Shown: positions 1-9,138, counted from the stretch's first letter. The stretch: 64,000 nt of DNA from an uncultured bacterium (GCA_963727815.1 CAVSGV010000006.1:28541-92540); one strand, 5' to 3'. Notes: generated by a model from the letters alone, not told the origin. Made by a program: numbers and translations.

Positions 1-138
1 GCGGAAACAAAGAAATTCTTCGAATTCCTGATGGGCGAAGAGAACACCCACTACGAGCTGCTTGAAGAGACGCTGGAATATCTGAACAAGCCGGCTAACT
101 GGTACCGGGAACAGGAACGCTGGATCGTTGAAGGCTGA
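1..138 (+). CDS. 3' end of a gene cut by the window edge (ferritin-like/rubrerythrin-type C-terminus, tentative)
   Basis: Frame 1 is open from base 1 to TGA at 136-138: AETKKFFEFLMGEENTHYELLEETLEYLNKPANWYREQERWIVEG. The ExxH-containing helix resembles ferritin-like di-iron proteins. No start codon lies in the window. Confidence 0.35.
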   Translation, partial: AETKKFFEFLMGEENTHYELLEETLEYLNKPANWYREQERWIVEG

Positions 139-141
139 CAC

Positions 142-921
142 ATGACAGCGGTCATCGAAGTTAAGGACCTCACAAAAAAATTCAATGACATTACGGCCGT
201 GGATTCCATATCTTTTTCTATAGAGGGCGGCGAGGTGTTCGGGTTCCTGGGACCGAACGGGGCCGGAAAAACTACAACGATAAGCATGCTCTGCACCCTC
301 CTGAAACCCACGTCCGGCCTTGCAAAGGTGGGATGCTGTGACGTTTCAAAAGAGCCCAACAGGGTCCGGGAGGAGATCGGGATAATTTTTCAGGACCCGT
401 CCCTTGATGACAGGCTTACCGCCGATGACAACCTGAGGTTCCACGGATATCTTTATCACATGAAAAAAGAAACTATCGAGCAGAGGATCCCTGAAGTGCT
501 CGAGCTTGTGGAGCTTTCCGACAGAAGGAAGAACATTGTCAAGAAATTCTCCGGCGGCATGAAGAGAAGGCTGGAGATCGCCAGGGGGCTTATGCATCGC
601 CCGAAGATATTGTTCCTGGATGAGCCAACGATCGGGCTGGACCCGCAGACGCGCTCCGCGATCTGGGAATACATTCTCAGGATGAGGAAAGAGACCGGCC
701 TTACCATATTCATGACCACTCATTACATGCAGGAAGCGGAGGTCTGCGACCGCATCGCGATAATTGACCACGGAAAGATCATTGATATCGACTCGCCGGC
801 AAAACTTAAGGAAAAATACAACGAGAAGACGCTTGAGGACGTTTTCCTTAAACTTACCGGAAGGCAGATAAGGCCGCAGAGCGGAGAAACGACGCTTCAG
901 TCCAGGTGGAGGAGAAGATGA
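142..921 (+). CDS. ABC transporter ATP-binding protein (ABC-2/DrrA-like exporter)
   Basis: Walker A GPNGAGKTT, ABC signature FSGGMKRRL and Walker B ILFLDEPTIGLD are present. It is followed by an overlapping ABC-2 permease gene. Confidence 0.9.
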   Translation: MTAVIEVKDLTKKFNDITAVDSISFSIEGGEVFGFLGPNGAGKTTTISMLCTLLKPTSGLAKVGCCDVSKEPNRVREEIGIIFQDPSLDDRLTADDNLRFHGYLYHMKKETIEQRIPEVLELVELSDRRKNIVKKFSGGMKRRLEIARGLMHRPKILFLDEPTIGLDPQTRSAIWEYILRMRKETGLTIFMTTHYMQEAEVCDRIAIIDHGKIIDIDSPAKLKEKYNEKTLEDVFLKLTGRQIRPQSGETTLQSRWRRR

Positions 922-1673
922 TACATCAGGACCTTGGCGCCATCTTCATATTATGGCTGCGCGACCTGAAGCGGTACTGGTACGACAAACCCAGGATAGT
1001 GGCGTCGCTGGGCCAGCCGCTGCTGTTCTTGTTCGTTCTCGGTTCCGCTCTGTCCCCTTCTTTTAAGGGATCGAACGGAGTGAATTTTACCGAGTTCATT
1101 TTTCCGGGGATAATTTCGATGACGATACTTTTCACCTCGGTCTTCTCCGGCATGTCCATCGTGTGGGACAGGGAATTCGGTTTCCTCAAAGAGGTGATGG
1201 TCGCGCCGGTTTCAAGGTGGTCCATATCCATCGGAAAAGCTTTTGGCGGCGCCTCTGTAGCTCTGATACAAGGCGTGATAATGCTGACGCTTTCGATCTT
1301 CGTTGGGGTGAGGCTTTCCCCGATTATTCTGCTGGAAAGCATATTGATAATGTTCCTCATAGCTTTCGCCATGTCGTCGCTGGGAATAATGATAGCGGCG
1401 CGAATAAAAGAGATGGAAGGCTTCCAGGTGATAGTCAATTTCATAATAATGCCGATATTTTTCCTGTCAGGCGCCTTGTTCCCTCTCGACAGGTTGCCGC
1501 AGTGGCTGACTGTCCTGACGAGGCTGGACCCGCTGACATACGGCGTGGACCTTTTGAGGGGCACTATGATAAAAGTGCATGCTTTCCCTCTGACCGCGGA
1601 CCTGTTGATACTTGGATCTTTTGCGCTTGTCATGCTGGGTATCGCGGTAATAGAGTTCAACAGGATGGATTGA
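906..1673 (+). CDS. ABC-2 type transporter permease
   Basis: 255-aa polytopic membrane protein (about 6 hydrophobic helices). It overlaps the upstream ATPase gene by 16 nt, the typical ABC-2 layout. Confidence 0.8.
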   Translation: MEEKMIHQDLGAIFILWLRDLKRYWYDKPRIVASLGQPLLFLFVLGSALSPSFKGSNGVNFTEFIFPGIISMTILFTSVFSGMSIVWDREFGFLKEVMVAPVSRWSISIGKAFGGASVALIQGVIMLTLSIFVGVRLSPIILLESILIMFLIAFAMSSLGIMIAARIKEMEGFQVIVNFIIMPIFFLSGALFPLDRLPQWLTVLTRLDPLTYGVDLLRGTMIKVHAFPLTADLLILGSFALVMLGIAVIEFNRMD

Positions 1674-1677
1674 TGAA

Positions 1678-2577
1678 ATGAAAGACCTGATAATAATCGG
1701 TGCGGGGCCCGCTGGAATAACCGCCGCGATCTATGCCGCCCGCAAAAAAATGGATTTCACTATGATCTCCATCGATCTGGGAGGCCAGGCGGCGTGGTCG
1801 GGGGACGTGGAAAATTACACCGGCACGCAGCTCATAACAGGCCCCGAACTCGCTCTCAAATTCACCCAGCACATGAAGCAGTTCAAGGTGGACCTGAAAC
1901 AGGGAGATACGGTGACTTCGATCAAGAAGACCGCCGTCGGATTTGTCGTAACCACCAATTCATCAATCTATGAAGCCAAGACCCTGGTGATCGCTTCGGG
2001 CAAAAAACCCAGGATGCTGAACGTCTCCGGAGAAGCCGAGTTCAAGAACAAGGGCGTGACGTATTGCGCCACTTGCGACGGCCCGATCTTCGCGGGAAAA
2101 CCTGTCGCCATCATCGGCGGGGGGAATTCCGCTCTCGATGCGGCAATACAGATGGTGAGGATCGCTTCGAAAACGTACATTATCAATGCCGCCGGAAAAA
2201 TTACCGGAGACCCCGTCATGCTGGACAAGCTGAAAGGATCGGCGGATCTTGAGATAATGAACAGCGCGAAAGTCCTGTCGATCTCCGGAGACAAATTTGT
2301 AAACAGGATTACGGTCAACGTGAACGGAACAGATAAGGACCTGCCGGTCGAAGGGGTCTTTATCGAGATAGGCCTTCTCCCGAACGCGGATTTCATCGAT
2401 ATAGTGAACAAGAACAAGCTGGGAGAGATAATGGTGAACGGTTCGGCGGAAACTTCGCAGCCCGGCATATTCGCGGCAGGCGACGTCACAGATGTCCCCG
2501 AAAAGCAGATAATAATCGCAGCCGGCGAGGGAGCCAAAGCTGCGCTGTCCGCTTTCCGCTATTTGTCGACACACTGA
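1678..2577 (+). CDS. trxB: thioredoxin-disulfide reductase-like FAD/NAD(P) oxidoreductase
   Basis: N-terminal GAGPAG FAD motif, redox-active CATCDG motif, second GGGNSA dinucleotide motif and C-terminal GDV motif. Its 299 aa is typical of low-Mr TrxR. Confidence 0.8.
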   Translation: MKDLIIIGAGPAGITAAIYAARKKMDFTMISIDLGGQAAWSGDVENYTGTQLITGPELALKFTQHMKQFKVDLKQGDTVTSIKKTAVGFVVTTNSSIYEAKTLVIASGKKPRMLNVSGEAEFKNKGVTYCATCDGPIFAGKPVAIIGGGNSALDAAIQMVRIASKTYIINAAGKITGDPVMLDKLKGSADLEIMNSAKVLSISGDKFVNRITVNVNGTDKDLPVEGVFIEIGLLPNADFIDIVNKNKLGEIMVNGSAETSQPGIFAAGDVTDVPEKQIIIAAGEGAKAALSAFRYLSTH

Positions 2578-2600
2578 AAAGCGTATAGTATAATTCCCGC

Positions 2601-3911
2601 ATGAAGATAAAGCCGAGCACCGTCATCGCCATCAGCTTTTTTCTTGTCATACTTATAGGCGGAACGATACTTAGCCTTCCAATATCTTCGGCGAACGGGA
2701 CTTCAACGAATTTCCTCGATTCATATTTCACGGCGAATTCGGCCACCTGCGTCACCGGTCTTACAGTGCTGGATACGGGAGTTCATTTTTCGCTCTTCGG
2801 GCTCATCATTATCATGATCCTCATGCAGGCAGGCGGACTGGGATACATGACCTTTTCCGCGTTCTTCCTCCTCGTCCTGAGGAAGAAGATGTTCGTGTCC
2901 GAAAAGATGATGCTCCAGGATGCGCTGAATGCTTATTCGGGCAACGAGCTCATCAATATCTTAAAGAGCATTTTTGCCATTGTTCTTACCATAGAGGGTG
3001 TCGGGTTCCTGATATTGTTCATGAGATGGGCGCCGGGAATGGGGGTGGGCCAGGCAGTGCTCTACGCGGCTTTCCACGCCATCTCCGCTTTTAATAACGC
3101 CGGCTTCGCTCTGCCCGCCAACAACGCCAACCTTTCGCCTTTTGTGCTGGACGTGATAGTGAACCTGACGATAACGTCGCTGGTGATCATCGGAGGTCTG
3201 GGCTTTATAGTGATAAACGATCTTCTGAAAGGGAAAAAGCTGACGCTCCATTCAAAGATAGTTATCTCAACCACCGCCATCTTGCTTGCTGCGGGCACGG
3301 TAGCGATATTTGTATTTGAATACGCGAATCCACAAACTCTTGGTCCCCTGCCTTTATGGGGGAAGATAATGGCCGCCTATTTCCAGGCCGTCACTCCCAG
3401 GACGGCGGGTTTCAGCACGGTTAAAATAGGCGCGATGTTCCCGCCCACTCTCATTCTTACGATGGTCCTGATGTTCATAGGCGCCAGTCCGGGAGGCACC
3501 GGAGGCGGCGTCAAGACGACCACTTTTGCGGTGCTTTTCGCCACCATCGGCGCGACGCTGAAGGGCCTGAAGGACACGGTGATGTTCAAGCGCAGGATCC
3601 CCCATCAAACGGTAAGGCGGGCGTTCACCATAACCACGATAGCGGTGTTCGTAGTGATAAGCGCCGTCCTGCTGCTGGATTATTTCGACGGCTTCGGGCT
3701 GATGGAATCTGCGTTCGAAGTATTTTCGGCGTTCGGCAGCGTGGGGCTTTCAATGGGCATAACGCCGCACCTTTCTTCCATTGGAAAAATAATAATAATT
3801 GTAGTAATGTTCATTGGCCGCGTGGGGCCGCTTTCGCTGGCCCTGTCGCTGCTCATTCAGCAGAAGGAGCCGAGGATCGAATATCCGAAAGAGAACATTT
3901 CGATCGGCTGA
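2601..3911 (+). CDS. trkH: TrkH/KtrB-family K+ uptake membrane subunit
   Basis: 436-aa polytopic protein with repeated pore-loop-like segments (QAGGLGY, NNAGF, RTAGF, GGTGGGVKT). A TrkA-type RCK gene lies immediately downstream. Confidence 0.85.
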   Translation: MKIKPSTVIAISFFLVILIGGTILSLPISSANGTSTNFLDSYFTANSATCVTGLTVLDTGVHFSLFGLIIIMILMQAGGLGYMTFSAFFLLVLRKKMFVSEKMMLQDALNAYSGNELINILKSIFAIVLTIEGVGFLILFMRWAPGMGVGQAVLYAAFHAISAFNNAGFALPANNANLSPFVLDVIVNLTITSLVIIGGLGFIVINDLLKGKKLTLHSKIVISTTAILLAAGTVAIFVFEYANPQTLGPLPLWGKIMAAYFQAVTPRTAGFSTVKIGAMFPPTLILTMVLMFIGASPGGTGGGVKTTTFAVLFATIGATLKGLKDTVMFKRRIPHQTVRRAFTITTIAVFVVISAVLLLDYFDGFGLMESAFEVFSAFGSVGLSMGITPHLSSIGKIIIIVVMFIGRVGPLSLALSLLIQQKEPRIEYPKENISIG

Positions 3912-3936
3912 TCGGATTACAAAGGAGGACCGTCAA

Positions 3937-4602
3937 ATGAAAAAACAGTATGCCGTCCTGGGGCTTGGAAGGTTCGGGTCAAAAGTGGCGAGGGAGCTTT
4001 TCTACAGGAAGCAGGAAGTCATAGTCGTGGACCACAACGAGGAAAAGATCCAGGGAATAAAGGACGAGGTGACCAACGCGTATCTTGGCGACATAACCGA
4101 CGAGCAGACGCTCCTTGAGGCGGGGGTCGGGGAATGCGACGTTGTCGTCGTGGCGGAGAGCTCGAACATAGAGGCGAACATCATCGCGGCGCAGATATGC
4201 AAGAACCTGGGTATAAAGTCCGTCATATGCAAGGCAAAGAACACCATCCACGGGAGCATTTTGAAGAAACTTAATATCGACATGATAATCTTTCCGGAAC
4301 AGGACACTGCGATAAAGCTGGTCAACAAGCTGACGTCCGAGGGGATATTGGATTACATCGAGCTGGGCGGAGAGCTTTCGATAGTAGGGATAACGGCGCC
4401 GGAGAACATGCTGAACAAGACCATCGGCGAGCTGGAGCTGAGAAAGAGGTTCAACGTTACCATCCTCGGCATAAAGCGCGGGGATGAGATAGTGTTCAAT
4501 CTGACAGCGGACACGAAGATAACCAAGAGCGACGTCTTAATTGTTTTCGGAGAAGCCGACGCGCTGAAGAAGCTGCATCTGGATATAACTCATAAGACCT
4601 AG
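3937..4602 (+). CDS. trkA: TrkA/KtrA-type K+ uptake regulatory subunit (RCK N+C domains)
   Basis: Rossmann motif VLGLGRFG sits at the N-terminus. ATG at 3937 is preceded by RBS AAAGGAGGA (3921-3929). The track ORF from 3814 overlaps trkH and is probably an over-extension. Confidence 0.85.
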   Translation: MKKQYAVLGLGRFGSKVARELFYRKQEVIVVDHNEEKIQGIKDEVTNAYLGDITDEQTLLEAGVGECDVVVVAESSNIEANIIAAQICKNLGIKSVICKAKNTIHGSILKKLNIDMIIFPEQDTAIKLVNKLTSEGILDYIELGGELSIVGITAPENMLNKTIGELELRKRFNVTILGIKRGDEIVFNLTADTKITKSDVLIVFGEADALKKLHLDITHKT

Positions 4603-4642
4603 TAGTGAATAGAGGATAGTGTATAGCGGATAGAAAAAATAA

Positions 4643-5119
4643 TTAAGACTTGGTTCTGATCCTGTCCACGAAGTCGGATACTTTCTGAAGGTGTTTGCCG
4701 GCACCGATCTCCCAATCCTTGATCTCCAGTGTCGCAGCCGGTTCTTTACCAAGGATTGAACTCATGGTCTTGAAAGCGTTCGATGCCCCTGTGTTTCCTT
4801 CCGTGCAGAAGAAAGCCGCGTTCGATATTTTTTCCGCGTTCTCGCTCAGGAAAGTCCTTATCGCCGGGCTCAGGTTCCACGCGAATATCGGTGTCCCGAT
4901 TATCACCATGTCATAGGAATCGATGCTCTTCATTACGTCCGATATCTTCGTAAGATTTCCCATCGAGGCATCACGTCCGGAAGTAAGCCATCCCCAGATG
5001 CCGCGCCTGTCCACCTTGTCCTTAATTTCTTCGATGTCGCACTTGAGGACGAAAGATATGGCTTCCGCCACTTTTTTGGTGTGGCCGGAGCGGGAATAGC
5101 AGATAACTAGCGTTTTCAT
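4643..5119 (-). CDS. flavodoxin-like protein
   Basis: The N-terminus MKTLVICYSRSGHTKKVAEAI is the classic flavodoxin FMN phosphate-binding loop. 158 aa. Confidence 0.7.
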   Translation of the reverse strand: MKTLVICYSRSGHTKKVAEAISFVLKCDIEEIKDKVDRRGIWGWLTSGRDASMGNLTKISDVMKSIDSYDMVIIGTPIFAWNLSPAIRTFLSENAEKISNAAFFCTEGNTGASNAFKTMSSILGKEPAATLEIKDWEIGAGKHLQKVSDFVDRIRTKS

Positions 5120-5128
5120 GATGTTGAA

Positions 5129-5545
5129 TTATACTCCAGGGCCGGTGATCGAATCAATCAAACTTTTAACTTTATTCCTGATATCATCTCTGATCCTTCG
5201 AACATCTTCGATAGGTTTGCCTTTCGGATCGTCGATATGCCAATCAATGTAATGCTTTGAAGGATAGATCGGGCAAGTGTCTTCGCATCCCATCGTCACC
5301 ATGTAATCGAATTGCTTGATAGAAAGATCGTTAAAGCCTTTCGGCTTGCTTCCTGAAAGATCGATGCCCGCTTCCTTCATCGCGGAAGCAACTGTCGGAT
5401 TGATATCTTTGCCGGGTTTTGAACCGGCCGAATGCGCGTCGATCTTGTCCGATGCCAGGCTGCGCGCGAAAGCTTCGGCCATTTGCGAACGGCCCGCATT
5501 CTCCACACAAACAAATAATACTTTTAGTTTCTCCGTTATGATCAC
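5129..5545 (-). CDS. arsC: arsenate reductase, thioredoxin-coupled LMW-PTPase type
   Basis: CX5R(S) P-loop VCVENAGRSQMAEA plus downstream Cys pair GCEDTCP. 138 aa. Confidence 0.8.
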   Translation of the reverse strand: MIITEKLKVLFVCVENAGRSQMAEAFARSLASDKIDAHSAGSKPGKDINPTVASAMKEAGIDLSGSKPKGFNDLSIKQFDYMVTMGCEDTCPIYPSKHYIDWHIDDPKGKPIEDVRRIRDDIRNKVKSLIDSITGPGV

Positions 5546-5553
5546 TCCAGGAT

Positions 5554-5619
5554 GTCACTCTGAGCGAAGCGAAGAGTCTGTGTTTGATAAGGCAGATGCT
5601 TCGCGCTGCTCAGCATGAC
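5554..5619. repeat. REP-like inverted-repeat element, copy 1
   Basis: Arm gtcactctgagcgaagcgaagagtctg (5554-5580) and imperfect reverse-complement arm cagatgcttcgcgctgctcagcatgac (5593-5619). It lies between the arsC start and the phoU stop. Confidence 0.85.
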
Positions 5620-5623
5620 AAAT

Positions 5624-6337
5624 TCAAACTTTCTTTTTTTCCTTCCAGTCCTTGCCGACGAATTTTTTCAGCTCTTCAACGTTGTGTTTTATCATCTTGG
5701 CTTCCACCATGTAGACCACGTCCTCCGCGATGTTGGTGGCATGGTCGGCTATCCTTTCGAGGTGCCGCGCGATGAAGATGAGCAGGACAGATTGAGGGAT
5801 GACGTCCCTATCCTCCATCATTACAGTTATGAGCTCTTCGGTGATGAGATCGCGGTAATTATCAGCTTCATCATCGCTGTTCCACACTTCTCTCGCGATG
5901 TTCAAGTCGCGTTTAACGAAAGAATCCAGAGCGCCTTTCACCATCCTCTGAGCAACGTCTCCTAGCTTCGGGATGTCGATGAGCGGCTTAGGAAGCGGAT
6001 GCGGCATCATTTCAAGTGATCTCTCGGCTATGTCCACCGCCAGGTCCCCTATCCTTTCAAGATCGGTGGCTATCCGCATTCCCGTTGTTATGAATCGAAG
6101 ATCGATCGCCATCGGCTGGCGAAGAGCGAGAAGGCTGACGCATTTTTCGTCGATCTCGACTTCGAGCTTGTTGATCCTGTCGTCGCCGCGGATGACGTTC
6201 TTCGCCATCTCCTCGTCTTTTTTCTTGAGGGATTCAACCGAGTTCCTTATGGCGGCTTCCACCAAGGAGCCCATCTCCAGTATCATCTTGTTCAATTCTT
6301 TCAATTCATCGTCGAACGTCCTGTGTTCAGCGGGCAT
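5624..6337 (-). CDS. phoU: phosphate signalling complex protein PhoU (copy 2 of 2 in the window)
   Basis: 237-aa two-repeat PhoU architecture (DDxINxLE...DLERIGDxAxNIAE appears twice). It is highly similar to the ORF at 20182-20895. Confidence 0.9.
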   Translation of the reverse strand: MPAEHRTFDDELKELNKMILEMGSLVEAAIRNSVESLKKKDEEMAKNVIRGDDRINKLEVEIDEKCVSLLALRQPMAIDLRFITTGMRIATDLERIGDLAVDIAERSLEMMPHPLPKPLIDIPKLGDVAQRMVKGALDSFVKRDLNIAREVWNSDDEADNYRDLITEELITVMMEDRDVIPQSVLLIFIARHLERIADHATNIAEDVVYMVEAKMIKHNVEELKKFVGKDWKEKKKV

Positions 6338-6388
6338 GTGCCACCTCTTTCACGGACATTCTATCAGAGAAAAGCTTTACGGGGAATC

Positions 6389-6697
6389 TCAAGAAGCGCG
6401 GCCGCGCAGCTTCGCAAGCGCCTGCACGGAAAATTTGTGTATCTTTGTCAGGTCCTTCGGCCTTCCTTTGGAGGGCTTTATCTTCAATGCCGCTGCCTTT
6501 TTTATCACCCATTTGAACTTTACCACGTCAGATCTCTTGAGCGGTGAATGCTTATCCGAGGATTCGATCGTTTTTTCCGCGTCTGACAATCTCGCGTTGA
6601 CGACGGATGAATACTTCACCATTATGTCGTTAACGGCCGTCCGTATCTTCTGTATCTCAAGAGCCGCTTTTTTGGCAAGGCCTGAACGCGCCATCAT
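6389..6697 (-). CDS. hypothetical basic 102-aa protein, member of the Pho operon
   Basis: ATG at 6697 is preceded by GGAGGT. It lies co-directionally between the Tmk-like genes and phoU. I recognise no family. Confidence 0.5.
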   Translation of the reverse strand: MMARSGLAKKAALEIQKIRTAVNDIMVKYSSVVNARLSDAEKTIESSDKHSPLKRSDVVKFKWVIKKAAALKIKPSKGRPKDLTKIHKFSVQALAKLRGRAS

Positions 6698-6927
6698 CTT
6701 ATTACCTCCGCAAGTACTTTTTCGATCTTCGCCCTCCCCCTAGTAGACATGTTCAGGAACAGACTTATTAAGGTTGAGCTTAGCCTTCAATACATTCAAA
6801 CCGTATATTCCTGCCTTAAAATAGAGCCAGCATTTACTTAAATTGTCCCCCATTTGGACAAATATCGCAACTATCTTATATTGAATCCATTGAGGTATCA
6901 AGCATCGTTCTGTTTTCAGCAACGAAG

Positions 6928-7614
6928 TCAGGCAATGCCAGCCCTTCTATTATAGAGGATCGTCGGCATATAGACAGTAATTTTCCCTTTCCGCTCTGGA
7001 TAACCTAAGATATTCATATCTTCATATCTTAAAAAATCTGCATCATTTGAAACAAACGTGGAAATATTAAATGCATTTGCATAAGCAAGAATACAGGCGT
7101 CAGTTGATAATATTTTATATTTTGCAATTATCTTTGGAAGCGCAGTTAACACATCAATAACAACAGGACTCCCAGAAGCTCCCTTAGGAACATTAGCATT
7201 GGTTGCGTATATAGGTTGAATCCCTTCCTTTGAAAGCCAGCCAATAAACCCCGACAACCTGGGTTCAATGTAATTCTCGGGCATTTCATTTGGCTTAAAT
7301 TTATAATAATCATGCCATATTTTCTCAGCCGCCTTATATGGCAATTTTAATTTCTCATGAATGAACAAGATTAAATAGTGCTTATAAAGTAAATGGAGTG
7401 CTTCCTCAATAGAAAATATTGAAATATAAAGCTTATTTCCATTCTTTTTTAGCTCTTCATAAAATTTATCGCTTTCATCATAAATCTGATATTCTTCAGA
7501 CCTTGTATCGTGAGGTTGAACACGTATGCTATATATAAAATTAGTATCTAAGCAGATATTTTTATTTTTTGGGGAATAAATTGAATCGGAAAATGAGTAA
7601 TTATCCGCTATCAT
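6928..7614 (-). CDS. PIN-domain-like nuclease (toxin-like), with a large insert
   Basis: Four acidic positions lie in PIN-like contexts: ICLDTNFIY, SIEEALHLL, LSTDACILAYA and VSNDADFL. Its start overlaps the stop of the upstream small ORF by 4 nt. Confidence 0.5.
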   Translation of the reverse strand: MIADNYSFSDSIYSPKNKNICLDTNFIYSIRVQPHDTRSEEYQIYDESDKFYEELKKNGNKLYISIFSIEEALHLLYKHYLILFIHEKLKLPYKAAEKIWHDYYKFKPNEMPENYIEPRLSGFIGWLSKEGIQPIYATNANVPKGASGSPVVIDVLTALPKIIAKYKILSTDACILAYANAFNISTFVSNDADFLRYEDMNILGYPERKGKITVYMPTILYNRRAGIA

Positions 7615-7844
7615 TTACTTCTGTAAAAGCCTATTACCGCTGAACCTTCCTTATCAATTACCTCATTTTTCGTAGCCTTTTTTTGGATAGGGTTACTATT
7701 GAAAGGTAAATTCATAACAGCTAACATTTTAATCTCATATGGCTGCTTTTTGTCCACCATACTCTTTAATTTCGGGTCTTTATCTATCAAAGCATCAAGA
7801 TCAGCTTCGGTAGGATAGAATAATTTTGAAAAAACTGCTGACAT
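7611..7844 (-). CDS. small partner protein of the PIN-like gene (antitoxin-like by position)
   Basis: The ATG giving MSAVFSKLF is preceded by GAGGAG. The track start at 7862 is a TTG sitting on the RBS. It is translationally coupled to the PIN-like gene. Confidence 0.4.
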   Translation of the reverse strand: MSAVFSKLFYPTEADLDALIDKDPKLKSMVDKKQPYEIKMLAVMNLPFNSNPIQKKATKNEVIDKEGSAVIGFYRSK

Positions 7845-8029
7845 AACCTTTAATCTCCTCAATTATTTATCGTCACAAAGGAGAGGGAATTTCACTAATT
7901 GATAGATTATACCCATCCAGATCATAACAAGTCAACCATATTCAATTTAAGGTCGACATTAGCCATCAATGCATTAAATCCGTGTTTCTCTGCATTACAC
8001 GAGGACTAGCATTTACTTGATTGATAACA

Positions 8030-8726
8030 TTAGATTCTAAGGGTGGCTGTTCCTGAATCAGGATCTTCTGGATAAAAACGGTTTTTTTGACTTAATTGAA
8101 ATTGTTCCGCTTTTTTCTTTAACTTTTCGATTTCAGGTAAAGCCATTTCCTTGAACGATTTGTCCGAAGAAAATGAAGCAACATGTGTCGGGCCTCCAAC
8201 GCTTCTATCCTGTGAACTCGTTTCTTGTATACACAAAACACACATTTCCGCCCCAGCCTCTGTTTTTATATCTGACTTATAAAGACGATTGAGAAGGTAA
8301 TCTGCAATATATGGAACTCGAATAAAATGAAAGCCTGTGACGCCTTTTCTTGGAGACAAAATTATCCTCGCTTCGAAGAATATACATTTCTGGAGTACAA
8401 TCCAAAGTATACCCAATCAACAGCAATGAAAGGTTTGGCCTTTGACTTGGTTGCAAATGTTCATAAAAATCATTAAATTTAGCTTTCCCTTTAACCCTGA
8501 TTTGTTCTGCCAAATTTGAAATTCCTGTCAAATGATCTAAATCAGCTTTAATTTGATCGAGAAAATACATAGCAAGGCCTCCGTCTCCCGCAATGCCTAT
8601 CGCACTATGTTCACCAAGCTTGAAAACCTTTTGAATAGTATCATTGCTTGTTATAACAGAGCTTGCTCTACTATCGGAAGCGATTACAACTCCATCTTTA
8701 GCTTTCAGGCCAATAACTAGTGTCAT
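8030..8726 (-). CDS. proteasome beta-subunit/HslV-like Ntn hydrolase (frame break near 8350-8360 in this assembly)
   Basis: The N-terminus MTLVIGLKAKDGVVIASDSRAS places the Thr nucleophile right after Met, followed by GIAGDGG. The fold continues in the track ORF at 8030-8416 (GVTGFHFIRVPYIADYLLNRLYK...GGPTHVA) after a 1-nt shift. Confidence 0.65.
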
Positions 8727-8727
8727 T

Positions 8728-9084
8728 TTAGTTGAGGTTTACCTTTATATCCAGAGAGCTTTGTGGCTCAGTTTGATTGAATCGAGGGGCATATTGTTTA
8801 TACATCTGTTTTTCTATGGCTTTCCTCTTTTCTTCTCCTTTAATGCTGGCATATCGAAATGCAAAATTCCCATCTTGTTTAATAAAAATGCTCTCTGAGA
8901 GTTTTTTAGATAACTCATCCCCCAAGTCAGGACTGCTTCCAATAAAAACAACATAAAATTTGTCATCAGGTTCTTTCCTAGAAATACGATAAACCCCCTC
9001 GATCCCATTGAGTAAGGGTTTTATTGCATCATTTGTAAACGGGATAAGCTTAGACCATTGCAAAGTTAGATCGAGGTTTTCCAT
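8728..9084 (-). CDS. small GIY-YIG-like protein (divergent)
   Basis: GVYRIS...FYVVFIGSSPDLGDEL...EEKRKAIEKQMYKQYAPRFN follows the GIY...YIG...E...N spacing of GIY-YIG nucleases. Its stop lies 1 nt before the ATG of the proteasome-like gene. Confidence 0.4.
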   Translation of the reverse strand: MENLDLTLQWSKLIPFTNDAIKPLLNGIEGVYRISRKEPDDKFYVVFIGSSPDLGDELSKKLSESIFIKQDGNFAFRYASIKGEEKRKAIEKQMYKQYAPRFNQTEPQSSLDIKVNLN

Positions 9085-9138
9085 ACAGTTTATTTTTTAT
9101 CCTTTCCTATCATCGTTTTTCTTGGGATTTTAAGTACT

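Noticed and set aside
3814-3936. N-terminal extension of the trkA-like ORF. Similar extensions occur at 18631-18711 (TmkL1), 36581-36670, 37264-37359 and 62417-62452.
   Set aside because: The extensions overlap upstream genes or lack an RBS. The internal ATGs have good RBSs or ATGA coupling and match the family N-termini.
5316-5775. Track ORFs 5316-5618, 5584-5775 and 5615-5965, which contain peptides such as CHSERSEESVFDKADASRCSA.
   Set aside because: These are translations of REP copy 1 and of the antisense strand of arsC and phoU. The same artefact explains 25776-26303 (VTLNEVKGL...SLRMT), 59924-60151 and 63549-63746.
5973-6743. 256-aa plus-strand ORF opposite phoU and the 102-aa gene. 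Analogous long antisense ORFs occur at 20119-20958, 20462-20920, 926-1660, 1963-2574, 26089-26949, 52549-53169, 53150-53740, 54493-55635 and 55256-55900.
   Set aside because: These are shadow ORFs on the opposite strand of genes with strong family signatures. Their products are low-complexity (Ser/Arg/His-rich) and have no RBS.
6740-6922. 60-aa minus-strand ORF at the left edge of the island.
   Set aside because: It has no RBS and no recognisable fold, and it spans the junction-proximal non-coding DNA. It overlaps the frame that would extend the recombinase in a circular form. I treat it as non-coding.
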